Shown: positions 27,096-36,328 of the stretch, one piece after another | Position numbering within the stretch: position 1 is the first letter of the stretch | How the letters are laid out: each line of letters starts with the position of its first letter | Assembly: GCA_944389095.1 (NCBI GenBank) | Contig: CALXLC010000033.1 | Location: 2,764-66,763 of the forward strand | Length of the DNA: 64,000 nucleotides | Direction of reading: 5' to 3' | Origin: an uncultured Alphaproteobacteria bacterium | GTDB taxonomy: Bacteria; Pseudomonadota; Alphaproteobacteria; RF32; CAG-239 | Notes under the pieces: generated by a model | The model's input: only the letters and a program-made list of their open reading frames with translations | What the model was told of the DNA's origin: nothing | Database searches by the model: none | Program-made: the position numbers and the translations under genes

Positions 27096-28423
27096 TAAGG
27101 TTATTTTACATTCTTCTGGGAGCGGTTATGCTTGCGTCTGTTTCTCCGGCGCAAGCAAAGCTGTTTAATGGCGAAACGTTTTATCTTGACAACGGTTTGC
27201 AGGTGATTGTTATTCCCAATCACAAGGCCCCGATTGTTAAGCATATGCTGTGGTATAAATCGGGCAGCGTCGACGAGAGGCCCGGACGGGGCGGTTCGGC
27301 TCATTTGCTGGAACACCTGATGTTTCGGGGAACCCGGAAAATTCCGGGAACCCGTTTTAATGATTTAATGGAAGAAAACGGCGCGGAAAGCAATGCTTTT
27401 ACCGGGCAGGACATGACGGCTTATCATCAGCTGCTGGATATCAGCCGGCTGGAACTTGCCATGTTTCTGGAAGCGGACAGAATGCGCGGGCTTGAGGTAT
27501 CCGACAAAGATTTCGGATTGGAAAGAAAGATTGTATTTGAAGAGCGGCTGCAGCGGATTGACAATAATCCGGCGGCTTATTTCGGCGAAGCGCTGCGGCG
27601 CAGTTTGTGGCAGGAACATCCTTATGCGCGGCCGGTCAGCGGAACAGCAGAGGAAATTTTGCAGCTGACGCGCCAAGATATTGAGGATTTTTACAAAACT
27701 TATTATGCGCCGAATAATGCGGTTTTGGTGTTGGCCGGAGATATTGACGTGCCGACGGCCAGAAGGCTGGCTGAGAAGTATTACGGCGGTCTGAAAAAAC
27801 AAAAACTTCCCGCGCCGAAAGAATTTCCGAAGCTTGAGAACAGTTTTAATGCCAAACTTCGGATGTCCCGGCCAAATATTAAATCGGTGCGGGCGGGCAA
27901 AAATTTTGCCGCGCCGTCTTATAATGTCAGGCCGGAGGAAGTTTATGCTCTGAGTGTGCTGTCGGCTTATATGGGGGAGGGTGAAACCTCCAAACTGCAT
28001 AAAAAGCTGGTTCTGCGCGACAAAAAAGCTTTAACGGCGGAAACTGCGTATGATCCGGCAGCGCGGAGTTACGGCAATTTTTCAATCGGGGCGGTCCCCG
28101 CGCCGGGTGTTTCTCCCGAGGATTTGCTGGACAGCCTTGATAAGGCCTGGGCGGAGGCATTGGCAGAATTGAGTGTCGACGAAGTTGAAAAGACCAAACA
28201 GCGGATGCTGGCAGGGCTTGTTTATTTGCGCGATAATCCGGAAGATGCCGCTTATATTGCCGGCGCCATGACCGTTGCCGGCGTTTCGTGGGAGGAAATC
28301 GAAAATCAGGAAAATGCGATTAAACAGGTTACTTATAAAGATGTTTTGAAGGCGGCGCGGGTTTTGCAGAATTCGCCGCAAGTTACCGGTATTCTGGAAC
28401 CTGAGAAAGGAGAGAACAGATGA
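27092..28423 (+). CDS. M16-family zinc peptidase (active subunit, HxxEH)
   Basis: Signal peptide plus ..SAHLLEHLMFRGT.. (inverted zincin HxxEH). TTG start overlapping the upstream stop. Confidence 0.88.
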   Translation: MIRLFYILLGAVMLASVSPAQAKLFNGETFYLDNGLQVIVIPNHKAPIVKHMLWYKSGSVDERPGRGGSAHLLEHLMFRGTRKIPGTRFNDLMEENGAESNAFTGQDMTAYHQLLDISRLELAMFLEADRMRGLEVSDKDFGLERKIVFEERLQRIDNNPAAYFGEALRRSLWQEHPYARPVSGTAEEILQLTRQDIEDFYKTYYAPNNAVLVLAGDIDVPTARRLAEKYYGGLKKQKLPAPKEFPKLENSFNAKLRMSRPNIKSVRAGKNFAAPSYNVRPEEVYALSVLSAYMGEGETSKLHKKLVLRDKKALTAETAYDPAARSYGNFSIGAVPAPGVSPEDLLDSLDKAWAEALAELSVDEVEKTKQRMLAGLVYLRDNPEDAAYIAGAMTVAGVSWEEIENQENAIKQVTYKDVLKAARVLQNSPQVTGILEPEKGENR

Positions 28424-29829
28424 CGCATCCTCCGTTGTATCGCAAATCTCCTTATCGGGGATTAAAAATTGTTTTGCTGGCGGTCATTTTGATTTACGGC
28501 GTCGCGGCAGGCTATCGAAAGTATTTCCGTTTTAATCCGGAGACGTTGGTGACGGAATCTGTCTTGAAAAATAAAAATTTTGAGGTTCCGGTTGAAGAAA
28601 TCGTGTCTCCCAAATATAAAATCAAGGCTTATTGGTTTTATGACAATACAACTCCGATTGTCAGCATGAGCTTTTTGTTTAAGAATGCCGGGTATGCCAC
28701 GGACGGCGCCGAAGAACAGGGAATTGCCCAGTTGGCGGCGGCATTGTTAACCGAGGGAGCCGGCGGGCTGGACGGACAGGCTTTTAAAGAAGCTCTGGCC
28801 GAGCGGGCCATCGGCATTGCATTCAGCGCAGGCAAAGATGATTTTCAAGGAAGTCTGCTGACGACGCGGGATAATTTGTCCCGGGCGGCGGAGTTGCTGG
28901 CGTTGGCTTTGGGGCAGCCGCGTTTCGACACCGGTGACGTTAGTCGTCTTAAACAGCATTTTTATGAGGCTCTGAAACGCCAGAAAGAACAGCCGGCCAG
29001 TGTTTTGGCTTTGGAGTTGAATCAGAAACTTTACGGAGCGCATCCCTATGCCCGTAATCCGCTTGGCAAAGCGGAAACGATTGCCGCAATCAGCCGGGCG
29101 GATCTCAGACGCTTTGTCAGGGATAACCTCAGCCGCCAGAACCTTATTGCGGGAATTGCCGGGGACATCAGCCGGGAAGAGGCGGAGAGCCTTTTGGATG
29201 AAGTGTTCGGGGTGTTGAATGACAACGGACGGATTAATTTTGTCCGTGATGCCGAGGTCGATTTTTCGGCCCGCCGGTTTGAAATAAAATATCCGTCCGG
29301 ACAAATTATGTCAGTCAAGGCGGCCAGAGGCGTCAGGCGCGATGATGCGGATTTTTATCCGCTGTTTGTTGCCAACCAGATTTTGGGCGGTTCCGGCCTG
29401 ACTTCGCGATTGTCCAAGGAAATCAGGGAAGAAAAAGGTTTGACGTACGGTGTTTATTCTTATTTGGGGCTTGATGACAAGTCGCCGTTGCTGATGGCCG
29501 GTTTTGCATCTTCTCCGGATAAGTATCGTGAGGCGGAGCGCCTGTTTGAAGAACAGTGGCAAAAAATGGGGACCGCCGGGGTGAGTGCGGCGGAGCTCGA
29601 ACAGGCGAAAAAGTATCTGACTGCCTCGTATAATCTGCGTTTTGCTTCCATTATGACGATTGCCGATATTTTGACGGCAATGCAGAAATATAATCTGGGA
29701 TTGGATTTTTTGCAGAAACGGAACGCATATGTGCAAAATGTGACGCTGGAAGAAGTCAACCGCGCCGCAAAGAAATATTTTGACCGCAGCCGTCTGGTCA
29801 GCGCGGCTATCGGCGGTTTTGAGAACTAG
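28420..29829 (+). CDS. M16-family peptidase, non-catalytic-type subunit
   Basis: M16 fold pattern but no HxxEH (..GIAQLAAALLTEGAG..). ATGA overlap with the upstream M16 gene. Confidence 0.85.
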   Translation: MTHPPLYRKSPYRGLKIVLLAVILIYGVAAGYRKYFRFNPETLVTESVLKNKNFEVPVEEIVSPKYKIKAYWFYDNTTPIVSMSFLFKNAGYATDGAEEQGIAQLAAALLTEGAGGLDGQAFKEALAERAIGIAFSAGKDDFQGSLLTTRDNLSRAAELLALALGQPRFDTGDVSRLKQHFYEALKRQKEQPASVLALELNQKLYGAHPYARNPLGKAETIAAISRADLRRFVRDNLSRQNLIAGIAGDISREEAESLLDEVFGVLNDNGRINFVRDAEVDFSARRFEIKYPSGQIMSVKAARGVRRDDADFYPLFVANQILGGSGLTSRLSKEIREEKGLTYGVYSYLGLDDKSPLLMAGFASSPDKYREAERLFEEQWQKMGTAGVSAAELEQAKKYLTASYNLRFASIMTIADILTAMQKYNLGLDFLQKRNAYVQNVTLEEVNRAAKKYFDRSRLVSAAIGGFEN

Positions 29830-29844
29830 AAAAGGAGAACCGAA

Positions 29845-31497
29845 ATGTTTGGGAAAAAGAAAGAAACGGATAAGACCAGAGCATGGAAAAAGCTGGCGCA
29901 TCATTATAAGGCTTTTCGCAAAACCGAAATGCGCGATTTGTTTAAAAAAGATCCGCAACGCGCCGAAAAATACAATATTGTGCTGGACGGTCTGATGCTG
30001 GATTATTCCAAAAACCGCATTTCCGACCGGACGATGCGTTATTTGCTGGCACTTGCTCAGGAGCGTAAGCTTAAAGAAAAAATCGACGCCATGTTTTCGG
30101 GAGAAAAAATTAATATTACCGAACATCGGTCCGTGCTTCATGTGGCGTTGCGCAATCGCGACAATACGCCGATTTATGTGGACGGGGAAAACGTTATGCC
30201 CAAAATTAACGAGGTTTTGGGAAAAATGCGCGATTTTTCGGAAGCTGTGCGGCTGGGCAAATTTAAAGGACAAACCGGCAAAAAACTGACCAATATCGTT
30301 AATATCGGCATCGGCGGCTCGGATTTGGGACCGAAAATGGCGGTTGAGGCGTTGCGTAAATATTGGGGAAAAGGGCTGAATTGTTATTTTATTTCCAATA
30401 TTGACGGAACAGCCTGCTGCGAAGTGCTGAATAAAATTGATCCGGAAACGACGTTGTTTATCGTTTCATCCAAGACCTTTACAACCATTGAAACGCTGAC
30501 CAATGCCAAAACCTGCCGCAAGTGGCTGACGGACGCTTTGGGCGAACATGCGGTTGCCAAGCATTTTGTTGCGGTTTCAACCAACGAGAAGGAAGTTGAA
30601 AAGTTTGGCATTAATCCCGAAAATATGTTTGAGTTTTGGGATTTTGTCGGCGGACGCTATTCCATGTGGTCGGCTATCGGTTTGTCGATTGCGATTATGG
30701 TCGGCATGGATAACTTTGATAAGCTGCTTGACGGTGCGCATGCCATGGACGAGCATTTTAAAACGGCGTCGTTTGATAAAAATATTCCGGTTGTTTTGGC
30801 GTTGCTCGGTATCTGGTATAATGACTTTTTCGGTTGGAAAAGCCACGCCGTTATTCCGTATGACCAGTATCTGCAATATGTTCCGGCGTATTTGCAACAG
30901 TTGTCGATGGAAAGTAACGGCAAGTTTGTTTCTAATGACAACAAGTATGTCAAATATAATACGGCGCAGGTTTTGTTCGGCGGGGCGGGAACCGACGTTC
31001 AGCATTCGTTTTTCCAGATGATTCATCAGGGAACGACGCCGGTGCCGTGCGATTTTATTATTCCGGCGATTTCTCATAATGAAGTCGGCGACCACCATGA
31101 AATTTTGATTGCCAACGTTTTGGCTCAGGGTGAAGCGCTGATGCGCGGGAAGACCGTTGCTGAAGCGGCCGAAGAACTTAAAAAGGCCGGTAAAAGCAAA
31201 GAAGAAATCAGTTTCTTGAAGAAATTTAAAAGTTTTCCGGGAAATCGTCCTTCCAATACGCTGATTTTTAAGAAAATAGATCCATATTCTTTGGGGATGC
31301 TGATTGCCATGTACGAACACAAGGTTTTTGTTGAAGGCGTTATCTGGAATATTGATTCTTTTGATCAGATGGGGGTTGAGCTCGGCAAGCAGATGGCTCT
31401 GAGCATTTTGCCGGAATTGCAGGGGAATGCCCTTGGCATAAGACATGACAGTTCAACGAATAATTTGATTAAAACAATTAAAAAGCTGAGAAAGTAA
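29845..31497 (+). CDS. pgi: glucose-6-phosphate isomerase
   Basis: Full-length PGI-like sequence (..NIGIGGSDLGP.., ..QQLSMESNGK.., ..GVIWNIDSFDQMGVELGK..). Confidence 0.96.
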   Translation: MFGKKKETDKTRAWKKLAHHYKAFRKTEMRDLFKKDPQRAEKYNIVLDGLMLDYSKNRISDRTMRYLLALAQERKLKEKIDAMFSGEKINITEHRSVLHVALRNRDNTPIYVDGENVMPKINEVLGKMRDFSEAVRLGKFKGQTGKKLTNIVNIGIGGSDLGPKMAVEALRKYWGKGLNCYFISNIDGTACCEVLNKIDPETTLFIVSSKTFTTIETLTNAKTCRKWLTDALGEHAVAKHFVAVSTNEKEVEKFGINPENMFEFWDFVGGRYSMWSAIGLSIAIMVGMDNFDKLLDGAHAMDEHFKTASFDKNIPVVLALLGIWYNDFFGWKSHAVIPYDQYLQYVPAYLQQLSMESNGKFVSNDNKYVKYNTAQVLFGGAGTDVQHSFFQMIHQGTTPVPCDFIIPAISHNEVGDHHEILIANVLAQGEALMRGKTVAEAAEELKKAGKSKEEISFLKKFKSFPGNRPSNTLIFKKIDPYSLGMLIAMYEHKVFVEGVIWNIDSFDQMGVELGKQMALSILPELQGNALGIRHDSSTNNLIKTIKKLRK

Positions 31498-31500
31498 ACA

Positions 31501-33321
31501 ATGCCCATTCGGATTCTGCCGTCAAATCTGGTAAACCAAATTGCCGCCGGCGAGGTGGTAGAGCGGCCAGCCTCCGTTGTTAAAGAACTGGTCGAGAATG
31601 CCATTGACGCCGGAGCAACTTCAATAGAGGTTCGTTTGGCCGACGGCGGGAAAAGTTTGGTGACAATTACGGACAACGGGAAGGGGATGTCTCCTGAGGA
31701 ACTGGAATTGGCCGTGGAACGGCACGCGACATCCAAGCTTCCTGACGACAATTTGTTTAATATTAATTTTCTTGGATTTCGTGGTGAGGCGCTGCCTTCA
31801 ATCGCTTCTGTGGCAAGACTGTCGATTATCAGTCGTCCGAAAGATGCCGACAGCGCCTGGAAGATAGAGGTTAACGGCGGTGAAAAATCAAAACCGGTAC
31901 CGGCTTCTCATCCCTTCGGAACCCGGATTGAGGTCAGAGATCTGTTTTATGCCACGCCGGCGCGGCTCAAGTTTTTGAAAACAGGTTCGGCAGAGACAAC
32001 GCAATGTGTCGATATACTGAACAGGATTGCTTTGGCCAATCCTCACATTGCCTTCTATTTGTATGACGGCGAAAAGAAAAAAATTGCTTATCCGGCCTGC
32101 AACGGTGATTTGTTTGATGCCAGGCTGGAACGTTTGAGCGCGGTAATGGGACGTGAATTCGGCGATAATTCAATTTTGATTGATGCCCGGCGGGAGACCC
32201 TGCATATCAGCGGGTATGTTTCTTTGCCGACGCTGAATAAGGCGAACAGTCTGTCGCAGTTTTTGTTTGTCAATAACCGTCCGGTGCGGGACAAGCTTCT
32301 TTTGGGGGCAATCCGCGGCGCTTATCAGGATGTGCTGGCGTCGGGACGCTATCCGATGTGTGCGTTATTTTTTGATATTGATCCTAAATATGTCGATGTC
32401 AATGTTCATCCGGCCAAAGCGGAGGTGCGCTTTTATGATAATGCTCTGGTGCGCGGTTTGCTGGTGAGCGCTATTCGTAACGCGTTGAATCAGCATGCCA
32501 ACCGAACCAGCAATACAATCAGTCTGGAGGAATTGGTTAAGGATAATATTCCGGATTTCGGTCGTGATATTCCCGATACGCTGACAGCTGAAGAACATTT
32601 GATGCCGCAAAGTCCGCTTCGTAATTACGGTTATCAGTCCGTTTTTTCGCAATCATCCCGGCGACAGGCCGATTTGCCCGAGTTAGAACGCAAATTTTCC
32701 GTAAAGGTAGAACCGGAACCGGTTCTGTCTTCGGGAGGCGATATCGGACCGCTCGGTTTGGCAAAAGCACAGTTTCATGATACCTATATTATTTCTCAAA
32801 CCGAGGACAGTATTATTATTGTCGATCAGCATGCCGCCCATGAGCGTATTGTTATGGAAAAGCTGAAAGAGGGCTTGCGTTCGGGAAAAACGGCGGCGCA
32901 AATGCTGTTGATTCCGGAAGTTGTCGATTTGGAGCCGTCGGCCAAGGTCAGAATTCTTGAAGCGGCTCCGGAACTTGCCAAAATGGGACTGGTTTTGGAG
33001 GAATTCGGAACGACGGCGGTGATTGTCAGGGAAATTCCGGCTCTGTTACGGGATACGGACGTCAAAAAACTAGTGGAGGATGTTGCCGAGCAAATGGCCG
33101 AATGGGGCAGCGGTTTTGAACTGACGGAGAAACTTCATCTGGTATGCGCGACGATTGCCTGCCATGGTTCCGTGCGTGCCGGAAGACGATTAAACTCCGA
33201 GGAAATGAACCGACTATTGCGCGATATGGAAAAAACGCCGCACTCCGGTCAATGCAATCACGGCCGTCCGACTTATGTCGAACTTAAAATTGCAGATATT
33301 GCCAAGCTTTTTGACCGTTAA
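31501..33321 (+). CDS. mutL: DNA mismatch repair protein MutL
   Basis: GHKL N-terminus (..NQIAAGEVVERPASVVKELVENAIDAG..) and a MutL C-terminal dimerisation domain. Confidence 0.96.
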   Translation: MPIRILPSNLVNQIAAGEVVERPASVVKELVENAIDAGATSIEVRLADGGKSLVTITDNGKGMSPEELELAVERHATSKLPDDNLFNINFLGFRGEALPSIASVARLSIISRPKDADSAWKIEVNGGEKSKPVPASHPFGTRIEVRDLFYATPARLKFLKTGSAETTQCVDILNRIALANPHIAFYLYDGEKKKIAYPACNGDLFDARLERLSAVMGREFGDNSILIDARRETLHISGYVSLPTLNKANSLSQFLFVNNRPVRDKLLLGAIRGAYQDVLASGRYPMCALFFDIDPKYVDVNVHPAKAEVRFYDNALVRGLLVSAIRNALNQHANRTSNTISLEELVKDNIPDFGRDIPDTLTAEEHLMPQSPLRNYGYQSVFSQSSRRQADLPELERKFSVKVEPEPVLSSGGDIGPLGLAKAQFHDTYIISQTEDSIIIVDQHAAHERIVMEKLKEGLRSGKTAAQMLLIPEVVDLEPSAKVRILEAAPELAKMGLVLEEFGTTAVIVREIPALLRDTDVKKLVEDVAEQMAEWGSGFELTEKLHLVCATIACHGSVRAGRRLNSEEMNRLLRDMEKTPHSGQCNHGRPTYVELKIADIAKLFDR

Positions 33322-33406
33322 GATATTTTCTGCCGTAAAAGAAGCGCTTGACTTCGGACGGGAAGGGGCGTATTCAGAAAAAAATATTTTTTATGGATGA
33401 TTTGGT

Positions 33407-34186
33407 ATGATTAACAGCGTTTTTATGCAAGGGTTGGGTGCTGCCGTTGTGGCGGGGTTGATTACCGGCGTCGGCGGTTTTATGATTTTTTTAAAAAGAA
33501 AATATTCTCAGGAAGATATTAATTTTATGCTGAATCTGGCGGCGGGGGTTATGCTGGCGGCTTCGTTCTTTTCTCTGCTGTGTCCGGCAATGGACAGAAT
33601 CAGAATGTTTGATCCTGATGTGCATGTGGCAGGATTTTGGTATGCCGGCGCCGTATTTGCCGGAGTGGCGCTCATCTGGCTGCTCAACGAGGTTTTGCCT
33701 CACGAGCATAATACCATGGGACATCACGGCTTGCGGTCCTTCAGTCTGCGGACGGCCTGGCTGTTTATTATCGCCATTATGCTGCACAAACTGCCCGAAG
33801 GACTGGCCGTCGGCGTGGCGTACAGTGCCGAGGATTTTATTAATCCGCACAGTCTGGTTATCGGTATTGCTCTGCATAATATTCCCGAAGGTTTGACGAT
33901 TGCGATTTCTTTGGTGGCGGCAAAAGTTTCCAAACTGCGGGCGGCATTTACCGCTTTGCTGGTGGGGATGGTTCAGCCTGTTGGGGCGCTTGTCGGTTTG
34001 CTGACGATGGATTTCAGTGATAAAATCGTTCCTCTGGGAATGGCCTTGGCCGGCGGCACGCTGTTGTTTGTCGTTATTAACGAGATACTTCCGGAAACTT
34101 ACGGAACAAAGAAAACCGAAAAGTCGGCTTTTGCCGTATTTGCCGGCTTTATCTTTATGGCTTATCTGAATATGGTGCTGGATTAA
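33407..34186 (+). CDS. ZIP-family divalent metal transporter
   Basis: Eight predicted TM helices with ..HKLPEGLAVG.. and ..HNIPEGL.. motifs typical of ZupT/ZIP. Confidence 0.85.
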   Translation: MINSVFMQGLGAAVVAGLITGVGGFMIFLKRKYSQEDINFMLNLAAGVMLAASFFSLLCPAMDRIRMFDPDVHVAGFWYAGAVFAGVALIWLLNEVLPHEHNTMGHHGLRSFSLRTAWLFIIAIMLHKLPEGLAVGVAYSAEDFINPHSLVIGIALHNIPEGLTIAISLVAAKVSKLRAAFTALLVGMVQPVGALVGLLTMDFSDKIVPLGMALAGGTLLFVVINEILPETYGTKKTEKSAFAVFAGFIFMAYLNMVLD

Positions 34187-34188
34187 AA

Positions 34189-34548
34189 ATGAAAGAAGAC
34201 TGGTCTCCGACGGAAATTTTTTCGCCGATTTTGATTGAAAATTATATCAGGTTTGAAACGGCTGCCCAATATATTAAAGCTTTGGAAGAGGGTGCTTCCG
34301 GAGATGTTGTCGTTTCGGCAAAATTTAAAATTTCCAAAGCTTATTTTGAGCAGTTGAAAAATTCTGATAATCAGGCGCCGCTGCTGGGGTTGACGCTTGA
34401 TTATGATGAAAATACGGAAATTCTGACCGTTACCGTCGACGCTTATTTTAAAGAGTTGTATGAAAACAAGATTATGCGTGACGTGGCCTTGAAACAATGC
34501 GAAGACTGTAAAGAGAGATATTCTAAATTTATTTCTCTTGCCGTATAA
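34189..34548 (+). CDS. hypothetical protein, 119 aa
   Basis: ATG ORF 2 nt after the ZIP stop. No family recognised. Confidence 0.45.
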   Translation: MKEDWSPTEIFSPILIENYIRFETAAQYIKALEEGASGDVVVSAKFKISKAYFEQLKNSDNQAPLLGLTLDYDENTEILTVTVDAYFKELYENKIMRDVALKQCEDCKERYSKFISLAV

Positions 34549-34630
34549 GCTGCGGTAAATTTCTTTCATATAAAGTGGAAAAAAATATTGACGTCGCCCA
34601 AAACATAATATACATATACTCTGGTACCAC

Positions 34631-34718
34631 GGAGAGTTGGCAGAGTGGTAATGCAGCGGATTGCTAATCCGTCATCGTGAATAACGATGCACAGGTTCGA
34701 GTCCTGTACTCTCCGCCA
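34631..34718 (+). tRNA. tRNA-Ser (anticodon GCU)
   Basis: Class II cloverleaf by hand: acceptor GGAGAGT/ACTCTCC, anticodon loop TTGCTAA, variable-arm hairpin CATCGT-GAATA-ACGATG, T-loop TTCGAGT and encoded CCA. A TTGACG-17-TACATA promoter lies at ~34588. Confidence 0.92.
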
Positions 34719-34739
34719 CTTCAAGCCGCCTTTAAAGAA
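34704..34739 (+). repeat. att-like direct repeat, copy 1 (last 15 nt of tRNA-Ser + 21 nt downstream)
   Basis: CTGTACTCTCCGCCACTTCAAGCCGCCTTTAAAGAA, identical to 34880-34915. The flanking bases differ on both sides. Confidence 0.9.
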
Positions 34740-34879
34740 GGCGGCTTTTGTATTGGAGACAGGACTACGCTCAGGAATGCAGGTTCGCCGTGGTCGCTGT
34801 CGCTTCCCTTGCTCACCAGCATTTTCTGAGATGTTGCAGATAAAAAACTGACGAGGGGTCAGTTTTTTACTTAGCCATT

Positions 34880-34915
34880 CTGTACTCTCCGCCACTTCAA
34901 GCCGCCTTTAAAGAA
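34880..34915 (+). repeat. att-like direct repeat, copy 2
   Basis: Exact 36-nt copy 140 bp downstream of copy 1. Similarity to the tRNA stops abruptly 5' of it. Confidence 0.9.
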
Positions 34916-34960
34916 ATGATATTTTCTTTATTTGAATTTTTAGTAACTTCTTCGGAATTG

Positions 34961-35009
34961 TTGACCTAACTATTGGTTTTTTCTAATATAAGAATAGAAC
35001 CAATAGCTA
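34961..35009 (+). promoter_or_regulatory. promoter TTGACC-17-TAATAT bracketed by a 12-bp inverted repeat
   Basis: -35 at 34961-34966 and -10 at 34984-34989. TAACTATTGGTT (34967-34978) pairs with AACCAATAGCTA (34998-35009) at 11 of 12 positions. Confidence 0.45.
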
Positions 35010-35074
35010 ATAAACAATTTGAGCCGGTATAATTATATTGTCAGGTGTGTGTTTACAGATGAAAAGGATTCAGA

Positions 35075-36328
35075 ATGAATACACGAACAATTTATCCCAA
35101 AATAAACAAACAGTTTTCCTCCCTGAACGCCGGAGCTTTGTTTATGAAAAGAGGCGTTAAAAGGTTGCAGGTTGTCTTCTATCTGGCAAAGGCTCATAAG
35201 AAAAATTTTGATAATATCGCCTGGATTGCTCCGACAAATTATCTGGCAACCGAAGATTATGTTAATGATATTCGCGAGGCCGCGGGGAGCTTGTTTAAAA
35301 AAATCTGTTTTTTTTCTATAGAACATATTTCCCTGGATGATAAAAAATATCTGCAGCTGTATGAACTGGCGGATGCAAAACGCGTCTTTTGCGTGGTTGA
35401 CGAGAGTATTACTATTAAAAATGCCGCTGCCGGACGGACAAAACGTCTGTTGTCCATGAAAAATAAATTTAAATATCGTCTGATTTTATCGGGAACGCCG
35501 CTGACTCAGGGATTGATTGATTTGTATTCACAGACGCAATTTATGGATTCATCCATTTTGAATATGACGGAAACTCAGTTTATGCATAAATTTCTGCCGC
35601 TGTATGTTGATGATTTCGAGGTTTGGAAAAGATGGTCAAATCCAAAGGATGAGGCCAGGCTGGTGCAGATAATCAATCCGTATGTTTTGGTGTGCGAACT
35701 GGAAGATAATATCAAGATAACTTATCATAATCAGGATTTTGATTTGACGCCGGAAGAGGCTGCCGTTTATCAGTTTGAAAAAGAAGCTTTTTTGAAAGAT
35801 CGGGAGCAGGTGGCTTTTTTGCAGGTCGTGCAGCGTTTTCAATACCTCTATACCATTTGCAAGCATAAGGTTGACGCATTGTTTAAATTGGTGAATCAAA
35901 TTCTTGAGCGCAAAGAAAAAGTGATTATTTATACCAAATTTTTGAGTGAAGTTAAGTTTTTTAAGGAAGCAGGCGGGTTTGGCGAGCACAAATTTGTGGT
36001 GATGTCCGGAAATTCTAACAAAGACAAGGCGTTAACCGGGTTTGAACAAAATATTGATATCATGATATGCACATATAAAGTTGAAAGTCCTCGACTTAAT
36101 CTGAAAGGATGTAATAATATAATATATTTCAGTCAGACTTTTGATTATAAAGATAAGCTTCATACACTGACAAGTTTTTATAATAAAGATGTCCTGAATG
36201 TGAATGTTTATGATTTTTGGGTGGGGACAAGGCTGGAAAATTTGATAAAAGATAATTTACATCGCAAGAAAAATGTACTAAGTAATGTATGTAGGATGAT
36301 GTCGAAAGACGAGGCTTTGAAACTATGA
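35075..36328 (+). CDS. minimal SNF2-family-like ATPase/helicase-fold protein with degenerate Walker A
   Basis: SNF2-type motif II (..VVDESITIKN..) and motif III (..RLILSGTPLTQGLIDLYSQTQFM..), and a helicase-C-like half (..KVIIYTKFLSEV..). The motif I position reads ..FMKRGVKRLQ.. instead of ..DEMGLGKT.. RBS AAGGA lies 6 nt before the ATG. Confidence 0.65.
   Translation: MNTRTIYPKINKQFSSLNAGALFMKRGVKRLQVVFYLAKAHKKNFDNIAWIAPTNYLATEDYVNDIREAAGSLFKKICFFSIEHISLDDKKYLQLYELADAKRVFCVVDESITIKNAAAGRTKRLLSMKNKFKYRLILSGTPLTQGLIDLYSQTQFMDSSILNMTETQFMHKFLPLYVDDFEVWKRWSNPKDEARLVQIINPYVLVCELEDNIKITYHNQDFDLTPEEAAVYQFEKEAFLKDREQVAFLQVVQRFQYLYTICKHKVDALFKLVNQILERKEKVIIYTKFLSEVKFFKEAGGFGEHKFVVMSGNSNKDKALTGFEQNIDIMICTYKVESPRLNLKGCNNIIYFSQTFDYKDKLHTLTSFYNKDVLNVNVYDFWVGTRLENLIKDNLHRKKNVLSNVCRMMSKDEALKL

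Noticed and set aside
34566-34895. 109-aa minus-strand ORF.
   Set aside because: It runs antisense straight through tRNA-Ser and both att-like repeats, so it is an artefact of an open frame.
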